A DNA stretch of 64,000 nucleotides from an uncultured Chloroflexia bacterium (lineage in GTDB: Bacteria; Chloroflexota; Dormibacteria; CF-121): positions 79,052 to 143,051 of the forward strand of contig CAWCIV010000004.1 in the NCBI GenBank assembly GCA_963795805.1, written 5' to 3'. Position 1 is the first letter of the stretch. Every line of letters starts with the position of its first letter. Made by a program: the position numbers and the translations under genes. Of the stretch, positions 9,866-18,350 are shown in pieces. Below the pieces are notes generated by a model. The model was not told where the DNA came from and did not search any database. It worked only from the letters and a program-made list of their open reading frames with translations.

Positions 9866-10072
9866 GTGCAGGACCTCACGGAGCGTCGTAATGAGGAGGC
9901 CCGCGAAGTTCGCGATCTTCTCGCTGCCAAGTTGAAGGTCCATCCCATCTGGCTGGGCGGCCTCGACACCCAGGCGGCCCGCCACATCTACGTCTTCATC
10001 CAGTCGCTCGAGGGTCGCAAACCGTTCGGGCGCGTCCGGCGTCAGCGGGCGCCGAACCTCACGCTCGACTAG
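9866..10072 (+). CDS. Small hypothetical protein (~68 aa)
   Basis: GTG start after AAAGGGGA, GC3-rich codon usage, located downstream of the predicted promoter. Confidence 0.65.
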   Translation: MQDLTERRNEEAREVRDLLAAKLKVHPIWLGGLDTQAARHIYVFIQSLEGRKPFGRVRRQRAPNLTLD

Positions 10073-10074
10073 CC

Positions 10075-12183
10075 ATCACCCTGGAGCTCAAGGCCCTCGC
10101 CGACCAGGTCGCCGGAACCTTTACCGTGCTCGCCGGCGACCGCACGCTGCTGCGAAAGGCCGCCTGCGCGGTCAAGGTCAATGGGACCTGGCATGCGAGC
10201 ACGGCCTCACCTCAACCACATGAGGACGCGGCGACGATCACCTGGCAAGCCGGGCCGGCGGTAGCGATCGCCCGGCTGATTCAGCACGAGGGCGGCGTCG
10301 TCATCGAATGCGAGCTGAACAATCGCGGCGAGGCCTCGCTCACCTTCAACGCCTGGCGACCCCTGGTCGTGGATGGTGGCGGCTCCGCCCTGCACGTCGG
10401 TGAGGAGCCGTGGCGAGCGAGCGCGCTGATCAACGGCTACCAATCCTGGGACTACGCCGGTATCCATCCGCTGGACGAGGCGATCAAGGAGGGCGACCGA
10501 AACCCGCCCGCCTACTCCTGGTGGACCGCAGCCATTTGTGACGGACAGGCAATGTTCGTGGCCCAGGTGTTGAAAGCTCGGCGCTTCGCCACGGTTTTCA
10601 CCTGGCGCTATCACCGCGATCAGCACCCTGACGACACGCTGCCCACCGACATCCCCAACTTCGTCGCGGAGCAGCACGGCTCCCCCCTGTCGCAGCCGGA
10701 ACAGCGCAGCGGCATGCCGGAGGCCTTGCAGCTCGAGGTCCCGCCTGGCGAAGGGATCGTCTCCGACCCGGTCCTGCTGGTCTATGGCGAGGACGGTACG
10801 GCGACGCTGCGCAAGGCGATCGCGCTCGCCGGCCGGGCCTCCAGTGCCTGCAGCTATCCGGTGGTGCCCCGCGGCTGGTGCAGCTGGTACCACCTCGGGC
10901 TGGGGGTCACCGCCGAGGACATCGCCCGGCACGCGGCCTTTGTCGCGAAGCGATTTCCCGAGCTGGCGAAAACGACCGGCTCGGGGCACCGGCCGATCAT
11001 CCAGCTCGACGATGGCTGGATGCCACGCTGGCAGCGTTGGGGCGACTGGGTCGCGAATGAATACTTCTCGCAGGGGCTGAAGGCGCTGGCCAGTTCGGTG
11101 CGACGCCACCGGCTGGAGAGCGGCATCTGGCTCGCGCCGTTCCACGTGGCGGCCGACTCCCAGCTGGCGCAGGCGCATCCCGACTGGCTGGTGACGACCG
11201 ACGCCGGGCAACCCCTCGTCGACCCGCGGCTCAACCGTGCCTACCACGTGCTCGATCCCACGCACCCCGAGGCGGTCAAGTTTCTCGAAGACCTGTTTCG
11301 CGGCCTTCGCAAGGACGGCTTCACCTATTTCAAGCTGGACTTCCTGTACGGCGCCGCCTACGAAGGGCGCCGGCACGATGCGGAGGTGACCGGGACGCAG
11401 GCGCTCCGGCTCGGCCTGAAGAAGATCTTCGACGCGGTGAACCCGCCGGGCAAGCCGGAGGAGGCCTTCATCCTCGCCTGCGGCGCGCCCCTGCTCCCGA
11501 TCGTGGGCCTCGTCCACGGCAGCCGCACCGGCGGCGACGTTGGTGCCCCGCAAATGGTCGATGGCAAAGTGGCGCCGCCCTACATCGGATTCGCGCTGAT
11601 CCTCTCCATGGCCCGCAACCAGGCGGCGCGGCTCTTTTTCGACCACAGCCTCTTCATCGTCGACGCCGACGTCGTGATGGCCGCCTCGCCGCAGCTCACG
11701 CCCGACCAGGCGCGCGTGATGATCACGATTGCCGCGCTCTCCGGCGGCATCTTCATGCTGAGCGACGACCTCGAGACGCTGCCGCCCGATCGACTGGCGC
11801 TGCTGCGGAACCCGAATGTCCTGGGCCTGGTCGGCGGCCCCGCCGCGGAACCGGTGCACCTCTTCAGCGCGCCGGACCGCGAGGCATCCGACCACTGGTA
11901 CGCCTCACCGCAGGAACTCCCGCCGCTGTGGGTGCGGGCCGACGCCGATGGGACATTCATCGCGGCGGTCTACAACTGGAGTGACCAGGCGCGGCCGTAC
12001 CGCCTCCGGTTCGCCGAGGTCACCGGTGCCGGGGGTGCCTTTACGATCGTCGATCTCTGGTCTCATCGACGCGGCGGACGCAGCCTCGGCGTGCGAACGG
12101 ACGGCCTCCGCTTGCGCCTGGCGCCGCACAGTGTGCGACTACTTAAAATGGAACCCACAACGGCCGGGCCGCCGCGGTCCTGA
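10075..12183 (+). CDS. Glycoside hydrolase family 36 (alpha-galactosidase-like)
   Basis: Motifs GWCSWY, QLDDGW, GIWLAPF and YFKLDF. The track starts it at GTG 10126, but in-frame high-GC3 codons begin at ATC 10075 / CTG 10081, so the start is uncertain. Confidence 0.85.
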   Translation: MTLELKALADQVAGTFTVLAGDRTLLRKAACAVKVNGTWHASTASPQPHEDAATITWQAGPAVAIARLIQHEGGVVIECELNNRGEASLTFNAWRPLVVDGGGSALHVGEEPWRASALINGYQSWDYAGIHPLDEAIKEGDRNPPAYSWWTAAICDGQAMFVAQVLKARRFATVFTWRYHRDQHPDDTLPTDIPNFVAEQHGSPLSQPEQRSGMPEALQLEVPPGEGIVSDPVLLVYGEDGTATLRKAIALAGRASSACSYPVVPRGWCSWYHLGLGVTAEDIARHAAFVAKRFPELAKTTGSGHRPIIQLDDGWMPRWQRWGDWVANEYFSQGLKALASSVRRHRLESGIWLAPFHVAADSQLAQAHPDWLVTTDAGQPLVDPRLNRAYHVLDPTHPEAVKFLEDLFRGLRKDGFTYFKLDFLYGAAYEGRRHDAEVTGTQALRLGLKKIFDAVNPPGKPEEAFILACGAPLLPIVGLVHGSRTGGDVGAPQMVDGKVAPPYIGFALILSMARNQAARLFFDHSLFIVDADVVMAASPQLTPDQARVMITIAALSGGIFMLSDDLETLPPDRLALLRNPNVLGLVGGPAAEPVHLFSAPDREASDHWYASPQELPPLWVRADADGTFIAAVYNWSDQARPYRLRFAEVTGAGGAFTIVDLWSHRRGGRSLGVRTDGLRLRLAPHSVRLLKMEPTTAGPPRS

Positions 12184-12204
12184 CCGCCACCCAGATCCAA
12201 AATC

Positions 12205-12825
12205 ATGCGTCGCGTGCTCTTTTTTCGTGTCTACGACGTGCTGCCCGCCCGGCTCCCGGAGCTGGAGCGCGACACGCGCGATTTCGCCCGCAGCCGAGCC
12301 TGGAGGGGCGATGGCTTCTGGCTGGCAACCTCCCTGACCACCTCGCTCTTCGAGGCGGAGTACTTCCGCCACGCCAGCGAGGAGGAAGGGCCAGCGCTGT
12401 CGGGCGCGGGCTTTATCCGGTTGCTCGGCGATGAGACCGACGCGATCGCCTCGCTCTACTTCCTCAACGACGTCTCGCAGCGCTTCCACGGCCGTGCCGT
12501 GCTGAAAGACGAGGAGAACCCGATCGCCAAGCTTCGCAACCTCGACATCCGGCAAGGACGGCTCCCGTCGGGGATGCCGATCGAGGACGTGCTCGCCGCG
12601 CGGCCCGTGATCAAGAAGCTGGAGGGCGAGGCGATCACGTTTTATCCGCCGACGTACCGGCCGAACCCGTACTTTCGCCGGGACAAGCCCGGCATGTGGG
12701 GCTTCAGCCTCAAGGGTGGGATCCGTGATTTTGCCCCATCGTTCCTGGAAGCCGAGGCGGAGGCGATGCGGATCTATCGCGGGTTCCGGCACATCAAGCG
12801 CGATTTCGAAGACCTCGAGCCATGA
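12205..12825 (+). CDS. Hypothetical protein
   Basis: 206-aa ORF with typical codon bias. ATGA overlap with the next gene. No family recognised. Confidence 0.75.
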   Translation: MRRVLFFRVYDVLPARLPELERDTRDFARSRAWRGDGFWLATSLTTSLFEAEYFRHASEEEGPALSGAGFIRLLGDETDAIASLYFLNDVSQRFHGRAVLKDEENPIAKLRNLDIRQGRLPSGMPIEDVLAARPVIKKLEGEAITFYPPTYRPNPYFRRDKPGMWGFSLKGGIRDFAPSFLEAEAEAMRIYRGFRHIKRDFEDLEP

Positions 12826-13688
12826 CCGACGCCACCGTCACCCTCAAGACCGCCGACGGGCTCGACCTGCACGTCCGGCGCTGGCAGGACCCGGCCGTCC
12901 CGCGGGTGTGGACCTTCGTCGTCGTGCATGGGCTGGGCGAGCACAGCGGCCGTTACCAGCGGTTCGCCGAATGGTTCACCGGGCATGGCGCGACGGTGTA
13001 CGCGATGGACCTGCGCGGCCACGGCCGGAGCGGCGGACCCCGCGGGCACACGCCCAGCCTGGACGCCTTGATCGACGACATCGACCGGGTGGTGAAATAC
13101 GCGCGCGACGAGAGCGGCGGCCCGGTGGTGCTGGTCGCCCATTCCTTCGGCGGGCTGCTCGGGATCGCCTATGCGTTGCGTCATCCCGATCACATCGACC
13201 GGGCCGTCTTCAGCGCGCCGGCGTTGAAGGTCAAGGCCAAGGTGCCCGCCTGGAAGCGCGCCGTCGCCGGGGTGCTTCCACGGATCGCGCCGCGTGCCGC
13301 CCTTTCCAACGAGGTCGACCCGGCCATCCTCAGTCACGACCCGGCGGTCGGCCCCGCCTACGCCAGCGACCCGCTGGTCCACAACCGGATCACGGCCGGC
13401 CTCTATGGGACGACGTTCGCCCAGGGCGAGGCGATCATCGCGCGAGCCGGCGAGCTTCGGCTCCCGTTCCTGCTGCAGCACGGTTCGCAGGACCAGCTCA
13501 TCGATCCCGGCGGCAGCCAGCGGTTCTTCGCCCGCGCCACGGCGCCGGAGCGTGCCTTCTGCCTCTATCCCGGCATGTACCACGAGATCTATAACGAGGT
13601 CGAGCAGGAGATGGTCTTCCAGGACATCGAAAGCTGGCTGACGCAACGCACCGAGGCGCACCTGACCGGCTGGAATCCTCCGCCCTGA
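12822..13688 (+). CDS. Alpha/beta hydrolase (lysophospholipase / monoacylglycerol lipase family)
   Basis: HGLGEHSGRY, DLRGHGRS, nucleophile elbow AHSFG, and C-terminal YPGMYHEIYNE. Confidence 0.9.
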   Translation: MTDATVTLKTADGLDLHVRRWQDPAVPRVWTFVVVHGLGEHSGRYQRFAEWFTGHGATVYAMDLRGHGRSGGPRGHTPSLDALIDDIDRVVKYARDESGGPVVLVAHSFGGLLGIAYALRHPDHIDRAVFSAPALKVKAKVPAWKRAVAGVLPRIAPRAALSNEVDPAILSHDPAVGPAYASDPLVHNRITAGLYGTTFAQGEAIIARAGELRLPFLLQHGSQDQLIDPGGSQRFFARATAPERAFCLYPGMYHEIYNEVEQEMVFQDIESWLTQRTEAHLTGWNPPP

Positions 13689-13704
13689 TCGCGACGCCAG
13701 AGCC

Positions 13705-14163
13705 GTGCGGGTCGTGATCCAGCGGGTCACCGAGGCCTCGGTGACCTGGGAGGGCGGCGCGTCGTCGATCGGCGCCGGCTTCTGCATCCTGGTTGGCGTC
13801 GCGGACACGGACACCGAGCGGGATGCCGACTACCTTGCCGAGAAGATCCTCAAGCTGCGGGTCTTCAGTGACGACGCCGGGAAATTCAACCTGAGCGCGA
13901 CGCAGGTGGGTGGCAGCCTGCTGGTGATCTCGCAGTTCACGCTCTTTGCCGATGCGCGAGGCCAGAATCGGCCCAGCTTTCTCAAGGCGGCACGGCCCGA
14001 GGTTGGACAGCCGCTGCTGGACCGGTTCATCGACCGGCTGCGGACCAGCGGCCTCCGGGTCGAGGCCGGCTCCTTCGGCGCGCAGATGGCGGTGCGGCTG
14101 GTGAATGACGGCCCGGTGACCCTGGTCCTCAGCACCGACGACTGGCAGACGCGCATCGGCTGA
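13705..14163 (+). CDS. dtd: D-aminoacyl-tRNA deacylase
   Basis: MRVVIQRV, SQFTL and NDGPVT signature motifs. Confidence 0.95.
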   Translation: MRVVIQRVTEASVTWEGGASSIGAGFCILVGVADTDTERDADYLAEKILKLRVFSDDAGKFNLSATQVGGSLLVISQFTLFADARGQNRPSFLKAARPEVGQPLLDRFIDRLRTSGLRVEAGSFGAQMAVRLVNDGPVTLVLSTDDWQTRIG

Positions 14164-14317
14164 GTGGCGGTCCGCCTACGCGGCACGCCGTAGGGTCCTG
14201 TCACTTGATTGTGGCGGCGGGTTGCTGCCGGAACACAAGGGGCTATCGAATCGTGACGCTACGAAAGTCGCAATGTTGCGCAGAGAAGCCGGCGATAGCC
14301 TATGGGCGAGGAATCCA

Positions 14318-14923
14318 ATGGTGACCCAGATGACGAACCGGCTGCTCGCGACGGTGATGGCGTTCGCCGTCAGCACAGGCATCGCGGCCCACGCGGCGAA
14401 GGACCCGGGCCATGCGCTGCCGGGCGTCACGGTGACGGCGGTGGCGGGCCCGACCGTGCCGGGGCACACCGTCGCGGCGCCGAGGGTGACCGTCACCGTG
14501 CAGACGGTCAGCCTGCCGGCGGCCACCTCGCTGCCGCAGGCGGTGCAGGTTGCCGCCAACCACGTCAGCGATGCGGCGACCGCCGCGGTCGATCCCACCG
14601 CCGCCGTTCGGGCCGCCTTCCAGCGTGACCACGTCGCCCTGGAGCACCTTCGTCAGCTCGGTTCCGGACTGAACAGCCGGGGCCGCCAGGCGTTCAACCA
14701 GCGCATCTCCGACAACGAGGCGCGGCTGGTGGACATTGAAAAGACGGCGCTGGCTTCGAGGACGCAGGCCGCCTCCAGCATCAAAGACATGGATAGCCTG
14801 GTCGCATCGGTCAACGGGTTACTTAAGGCCGAGCTCGCCCGGGAGCGCGACCAGAAGTCCGGCGACACCAGGTCCGGCGACAACAAGTCGGGCTTAAACC
14901 AGAATCACCAGTCGGAGAACTAA
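14318..14923 (+). CDS. Secreted hypothetical protein
   Basis: ATG at 14318 after GAGGA, signal-peptide-like N-terminus, helical C-terminal half. Confidence 0.65.
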   Translation: MVTQMTNRLLATVMAFAVSTGIAAHAAKDPGHALPGVTVTAVAGPTVPGHTVAAPRVTVTVQTVSLPAATSLPQAVQVAANHVSDAATAAVDPTAAVRAAFQRDHVALEHLRQLGSGLNSRGRQAFNQRISDNEARLVDIEKTALASRTQAASSIKDMDSLVASVNGLLKAELARERDQKSGDTRSGDNKSGLNQNHQSEN

Positions 14924-15555
14924 GCCGCGCTCGTCGCCATACGCCGTCCCCACCGCAGCCGAAGCGCAAGGTACCCGGCCGTCACGAGCGGCAGAAATAA
15001 GATGACGAACGTCAGGACCGCGGCCTCGATGCCCTGCAAGACGGACGGACCCTGGCAGCTACTGGAGATCACCTTGCCCGCGGCGTCAGTGACCGAGGAG
15101 CAGCTGCTGCTGGTGCCATGGGAAGCGATGGCGCCTAACAATCCCACGCCGATGTAGCCGCCCGGGGGCAGCAGTGTCCCAATCAGTTTGTCGCGCCAGT
15201 TCCAGGCCGGCGATATCCAGAGAAGAAGCACGCCGATCGGCCAGAAGAACGGCACGAGGATCACCGCCGCGATTTCGAGCGCGCCGGGCCGAAGGGCCGA
15301 TGGCAGCTGTGGCTCGCGCAGGCCGAGACGCTCGCGCGCGTCGCTGACCACGACCGATGGCTCACCGAGCCGGTCGAGAATGTTGAGGATCGACGCGTCG
15401 CTTTCGGGCTCGGTCTCGCGAGCGCGGGCCTCCGCGATGTGGGCGCGCATGTCATCGATCAGCTCGGCACGCGGGCTTTTGGGAAGATCCGCGGCAGCGG
15501 TCGACAGGCGAGCGAGATAGCCGTCGATCAACTGGTCGGCATGCGGGGCGGTCAT
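14920..15555 (-). CDS. PadR-associated membrane protein (HAAS / DUF1700-like)
   Basis: 'YLARL...ELIDDMRAHIAEA...ILDRLGEPS' N-terminus plus TM segments. Coupled to the padR gene. Confidence 0.8.
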   Translation of the reverse strand: MTAPHADQLIDGYLARLSTAAADLPKSPRAELIDDMRAHIAEARARETEPESDASILNILDRLGEPSVVVSDARERLGLREPQLPSALRPGALEIAAVILVPFFWPIGVLLLWISPAWNWRDKLIGTLLPPGGYIGVGLLGAIASHGTSSSCSSVTDAAGKVISSSCQGPSVLQGIEAAVLTFVILFLPLVTAGYLALRLRWGRRMATSAA

Positions 15556-15890
15556 GATTTCTTCGCCTCCTGAAGGATTCCGTCGACGGCGGCGCGGAAG
15601 CTCGTCCACTCATTCTTGAAAGCCGTCAACGCGCGCCGGCCCTCGGCGGTCAGCTCGTAGTAGCGACGCGGAGGTCCGTCCGTCGACTCCCGCCATTCGG
15701 TCTTCACCAGCCCATCGCGGCGGAGCCGGCTGAGCAGCGGGTAGAGCGTCCCCTCCGTGGTCAGCATGCCGGTCTTCCCGAGAGCGTCGATCAGGTCGAA
15801 GGCGTAGCGGGGCGTCTCTCGCATCAGCGCAAGCACGCAATACTCCAGTGCTCCCCGGCGCATCTGGCTGACCAGGCCGTCGGTAGCCAC
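15552..15890 (-). CDS. PadR-family transcriptional regulator
   Basis: QMRRGALEYCVLAL, EGTLYPLLSRL and GPPRRYYELT motifs. GTG start at 15890. Confidence 0.92.
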   Translation of the reverse strand: MATDGLVSQMRRGALEYCVLALMRETPRYAFDLIDALGKTGMLTTEGTLYPLLSRLRRDGLVKTEWRESTDGPPRRYYELTAEGRRALTAFKNEWTSFRAAVDGILQEAKKS

Positions 15891-15912
15891 AAGTGCAAGG
15901 TAGCACAAGCAT

Positions 15913-15927
15913 CCTTGTAGCGCAAGG
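15913..15927. promoter_or_regulatory. Palindrome CCTTG-N5-CAAGG, candidate PadR operator
   Basis: Perfect 5-bp inverted repeat just upstream of the padR -10 element in the padR/capA divergent region. Confidence 0.45.
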
Positions 15928-15993
15928 GACTGACAGAAATTGTTACCGCTTCGCCAGTTGGACCCGGTCCAAGTCGTGTATCCTACCGGCGGT

Positions 15994-17091
15994 TTGCGTC
16001 CCCGGTCCTTTGCCCTTCTGCTCGTGCCGATCCTGGGTGCCTGCACGGGCGGGCCCACCGGGAGCGTCGGAGCCAGCGGCTCGCCCGTCGGCGCCGTTTC
16101 CACGCTCAAGCCGACTCCTACGCCCACGCCGGTCCCAACCCCGCCGCCCTTGAGCCTGGCCAGCGTGTTCGGCGCTGGGAAGCCCGACCTCTCGGTTGTC
16201 GATCAGAGCAAACTTCGGGTGCTGATCGCCACGGGGGATGTGATCCCCGCCCGCGAGGTCAACTACCAGGTGCTGCTCCACAAGGACTTCCTCTATCCCT
16301 GGCTAAAGACTGCCGATTACTTGAAGACGGGCGACCTGCTCTTCATCAACCTCGAATCACCCCTGCTCAAGCGCTGCCCCACGACCCGCAGCGGCTTCAC
16401 GTTCTGCGGCGATGCCCGCTCGATCGCGGGCCTCGACTATGCCGGCGTCAACGTCGCCAACCTGGCAAACAATCACTCGACCAACTATGGCCCGGCCGGG
16501 ACGAGTGAAACGATCGCGCTGCTGGGCCAGCACGGCATCGGCGTTTCGGGAAACGGGTTATCCGTGGTTCGCGATATTCGCGGAATCAAATTCGGGTTCA
16601 TCGGCTTCAACGGCGTTGGGACGCATATCGATCGAGCCGAGCTCAAGCGCGAAATCGACCTGGTCCGGCCAGCCTGCGACGTCCTCGTGGTCGCCTTTCA
16701 CTGGGGCAAGGAATACGAGCTGCTTCCGACGGTCGGCCCGGGCATCGCGCCGGATAACCCGCGCGACATTGGCCACCTCGCCGTCGACCTGGGCGCCGAC
16801 CTCGTGGTCGGAAATCATCCGCACTGGGTGCAGCCGGTCGAGATCTATCACAACCGGCTGATCGCGTACGCGCATGGCAACTTCATCTTCGACCAGATGT
16901 GGTCGCAGGAGACGCGCGAGGGCGTGGTCGGCCGCTACACCTTCTATGGCACCCAGCTCGTCCGCGTCGATTACAAGCCGCTCGTCATCGACGGCTACGC
17001 CCAGCCACGCTGGCTCGACGAGACCACCGGTGAGGGGAAGGCGATCATCGACCGGATGTCGAAGGCCTCGGACCAGCTCGCCGCCGGCTAG
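15994..17091 (+). CDS. CapA-family (metallophosphoesterase-fold) lipoprotein
   Basis: Lipobox-like LGAC, and motifs GDV, NLESP, NLANNHS, FHWG, GNHPHW and HGNFIFDQ. Confidence 0.88.
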   Translation: MRPRSFALLLVPILGACTGGPTGSVGASGSPVGAVSTLKPTPTPTPVPTPPPLSLASVFGAGKPDLSVVDQSKLRVLIATGDVIPAREVNYQVLLHKDFLYPWLKTADYLKTGDLLFINLESPLLKRCPTTRSGFTFCGDARSIAGLDYAGVNVANLANNHSTNYGPAGTSETIALLGQHGIGVSGNGLSVVRDIRGIKFGFIGFNGVGTHIDRAELKREIDLVRPACDVLVVAFHWGKEYELLPTVGPGIAPDNPRDIGHLAVDLGADLVVGNHPHWVQPVEIYHNRLIAYAHGNFIFDQMWSQETREGVVGRYTFYGTQLVRVDYKPLVIDGYAQPRWLDETTGEGKAIIDRMSKASDQLAAG

Positions 17092-18188
17092 CGATCAGTC
17101 GCGGCCTCCCTCGACGTCTCGCTGGAGCTGACGACGCGCTCGCGAACCGTGTCGCCCCGGTAGACGGCGAGATACCGCTCGGCCATGTGCCGCGGACTGA
17201 ATCGCTCGCGGGCAACTTCGGCGCACCGGACCGGATCGATCTGGTCGAGGCGGCTGGCCGCCGCCACCAGGCCGTCGACGTCGTCGGCCAGGAACCCGGT
17301 CACGCCGTCCTCGATCAACTCCGGCGCTGATCCCGTCCGAAGCGCCACGATCGGCGTCCCGACGACCATGCATTCGACCATCGCGAGCCCGAACGGCTCG
17401 GGCCACTGCAGCGGGAAGATCCCGGCGGCCGCCCGCGAGATCAGCCGGGCTTTCTCGGCGCCAGCCACGTTCGGGTAGTACTCGACGGTCCGGCCGAGGT
17501 GGGGTTCGACCTCGTCCTCGAAGTAGCGCTCCCCCTCACCGCTACGCTCCACCTTCCCGGCGAGGATGAGCTTACGCCCGGTCCTGCGGGCGACCTCGAT
17601 CGCCAGGTGCTGGCCCTTGTCGGGCGTGATCCGAGCAACCTCGATCAGGTAACGCTCGCGGCTATGCGCGGGTGGTGCCGCCGGAATCTCGACCGCGTTG
17701 GGGACGACGGCCGCCACCTTGACCGCCGGCGCGGTGGCTGCCTGGCTGGCGCTGATCGCGCAGAGGCGGACCCGGTCCTCGATCTCCCGGTAGAAGGCGC
17801 AGTAGGGCTCCAGCAACTCCCCGTGAATCGTGTGGACGACGACTGGGGCAACTCCCGAATGCAGGGCGAGGAGCGTCCCGACCAGGCTGGAGTGCTCATG
17901 AATGACATCGAAGCGCTCGCCCGCAAGCCGGCGGTAGACGCGGGCCAGGTAGGTGTCGAGCCGCGGCCACTCATGGGCGCCACCCAGGTCCCTCACCCAG
18001 CGTGCATCCCCCACCGCCACGACCCCCGGCCCGGATCCCTCTGCCCCGAACACGACGACGTCGTGGCCCATCCGGCGAAGCTCGGTGTGGAGCAGGTGGA
18101 CGACGAGTTCCGTGCCTCCGTAGCCGCGCGGCGGCAGCGGATACCACGGCGGAGCCACGAGCGCGATACGGAGCGGGTCCGATGCGAT
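17088..18188 (-). CDS. Glycosyltransferase family 4
   Basis: RIALVAPPWYPLPPRGYGGTE and WPEPFGLAMVE. Probable ATC start at 18188, 6 nt after GGAGGT. The open frame extends to 18257. Confidence 0.9.
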   Translation of the reverse strand: MASDPLRIALVAPPWYPLPPRGYGGTELVVHLLHTELRRMGHDVVVFGAEGSGPGVVAVGDARWVRDLGGAHEWPRLDTYLARVYRRLAGERFDVIHEHSSLVGTLLALHSGVAPVVVHTIHGELLEPYCAFYREIEDRVRLCAISASQAATAPAVKVAAVVPNAVEIPAAPPAHSRERYLIEVARITPDKGQHLAIEVARRTGRKLILAGKVERSGEGERYFEDEVEPHLGRTVEYYPNVAGAEKARLISRAAAGIFPLQWPEPFGLAMVECMVVGTPIVALRTGSAPELIEDGVTGFLADDVDGLVAAASRLDQIDPVRCAEVARERFSPRHMAERYLAVYRGDTVRERVVSSSETSREAATDR

Positions 18189-18350
18189 GAGCGCACCTCC
18201 AGGTGCCGGGTTCCCCTCCCCCGGGACACTCCGATCATATCGGCTGGACGGTGGCACTCCACCCGCATAAAACGTGATAGCGGTTCGTCAGGCTGTCGGA
18301 GTCTCCCAGATGGTGTTAATTGCTGAGTCCGTCGCGGTACAGTTGTGTCA

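Noticed and set aside
10207-11895. Long antisense ORF (562 aa), and similar ones at 24992-26755, 58392-60077, 20999-22303 and 60749-62230
   Set aside because: They mirror well-supported genes on the opposite strand and have no recognisable motifs. Such shadow ORFs are expected at this GC content.
14175-14194. Hairpin CCTACG-N8-CGTAGG after dtd as an intrinsic terminator
   Set aside because: The stem is only 6 bp with no U-tract, too weak to call.
15994-17091. CapA as evidence of a poly-gamma-glutamate capsule
   Set aside because: capB and capC are absent, and stand-alone CapA-family proteins are common.
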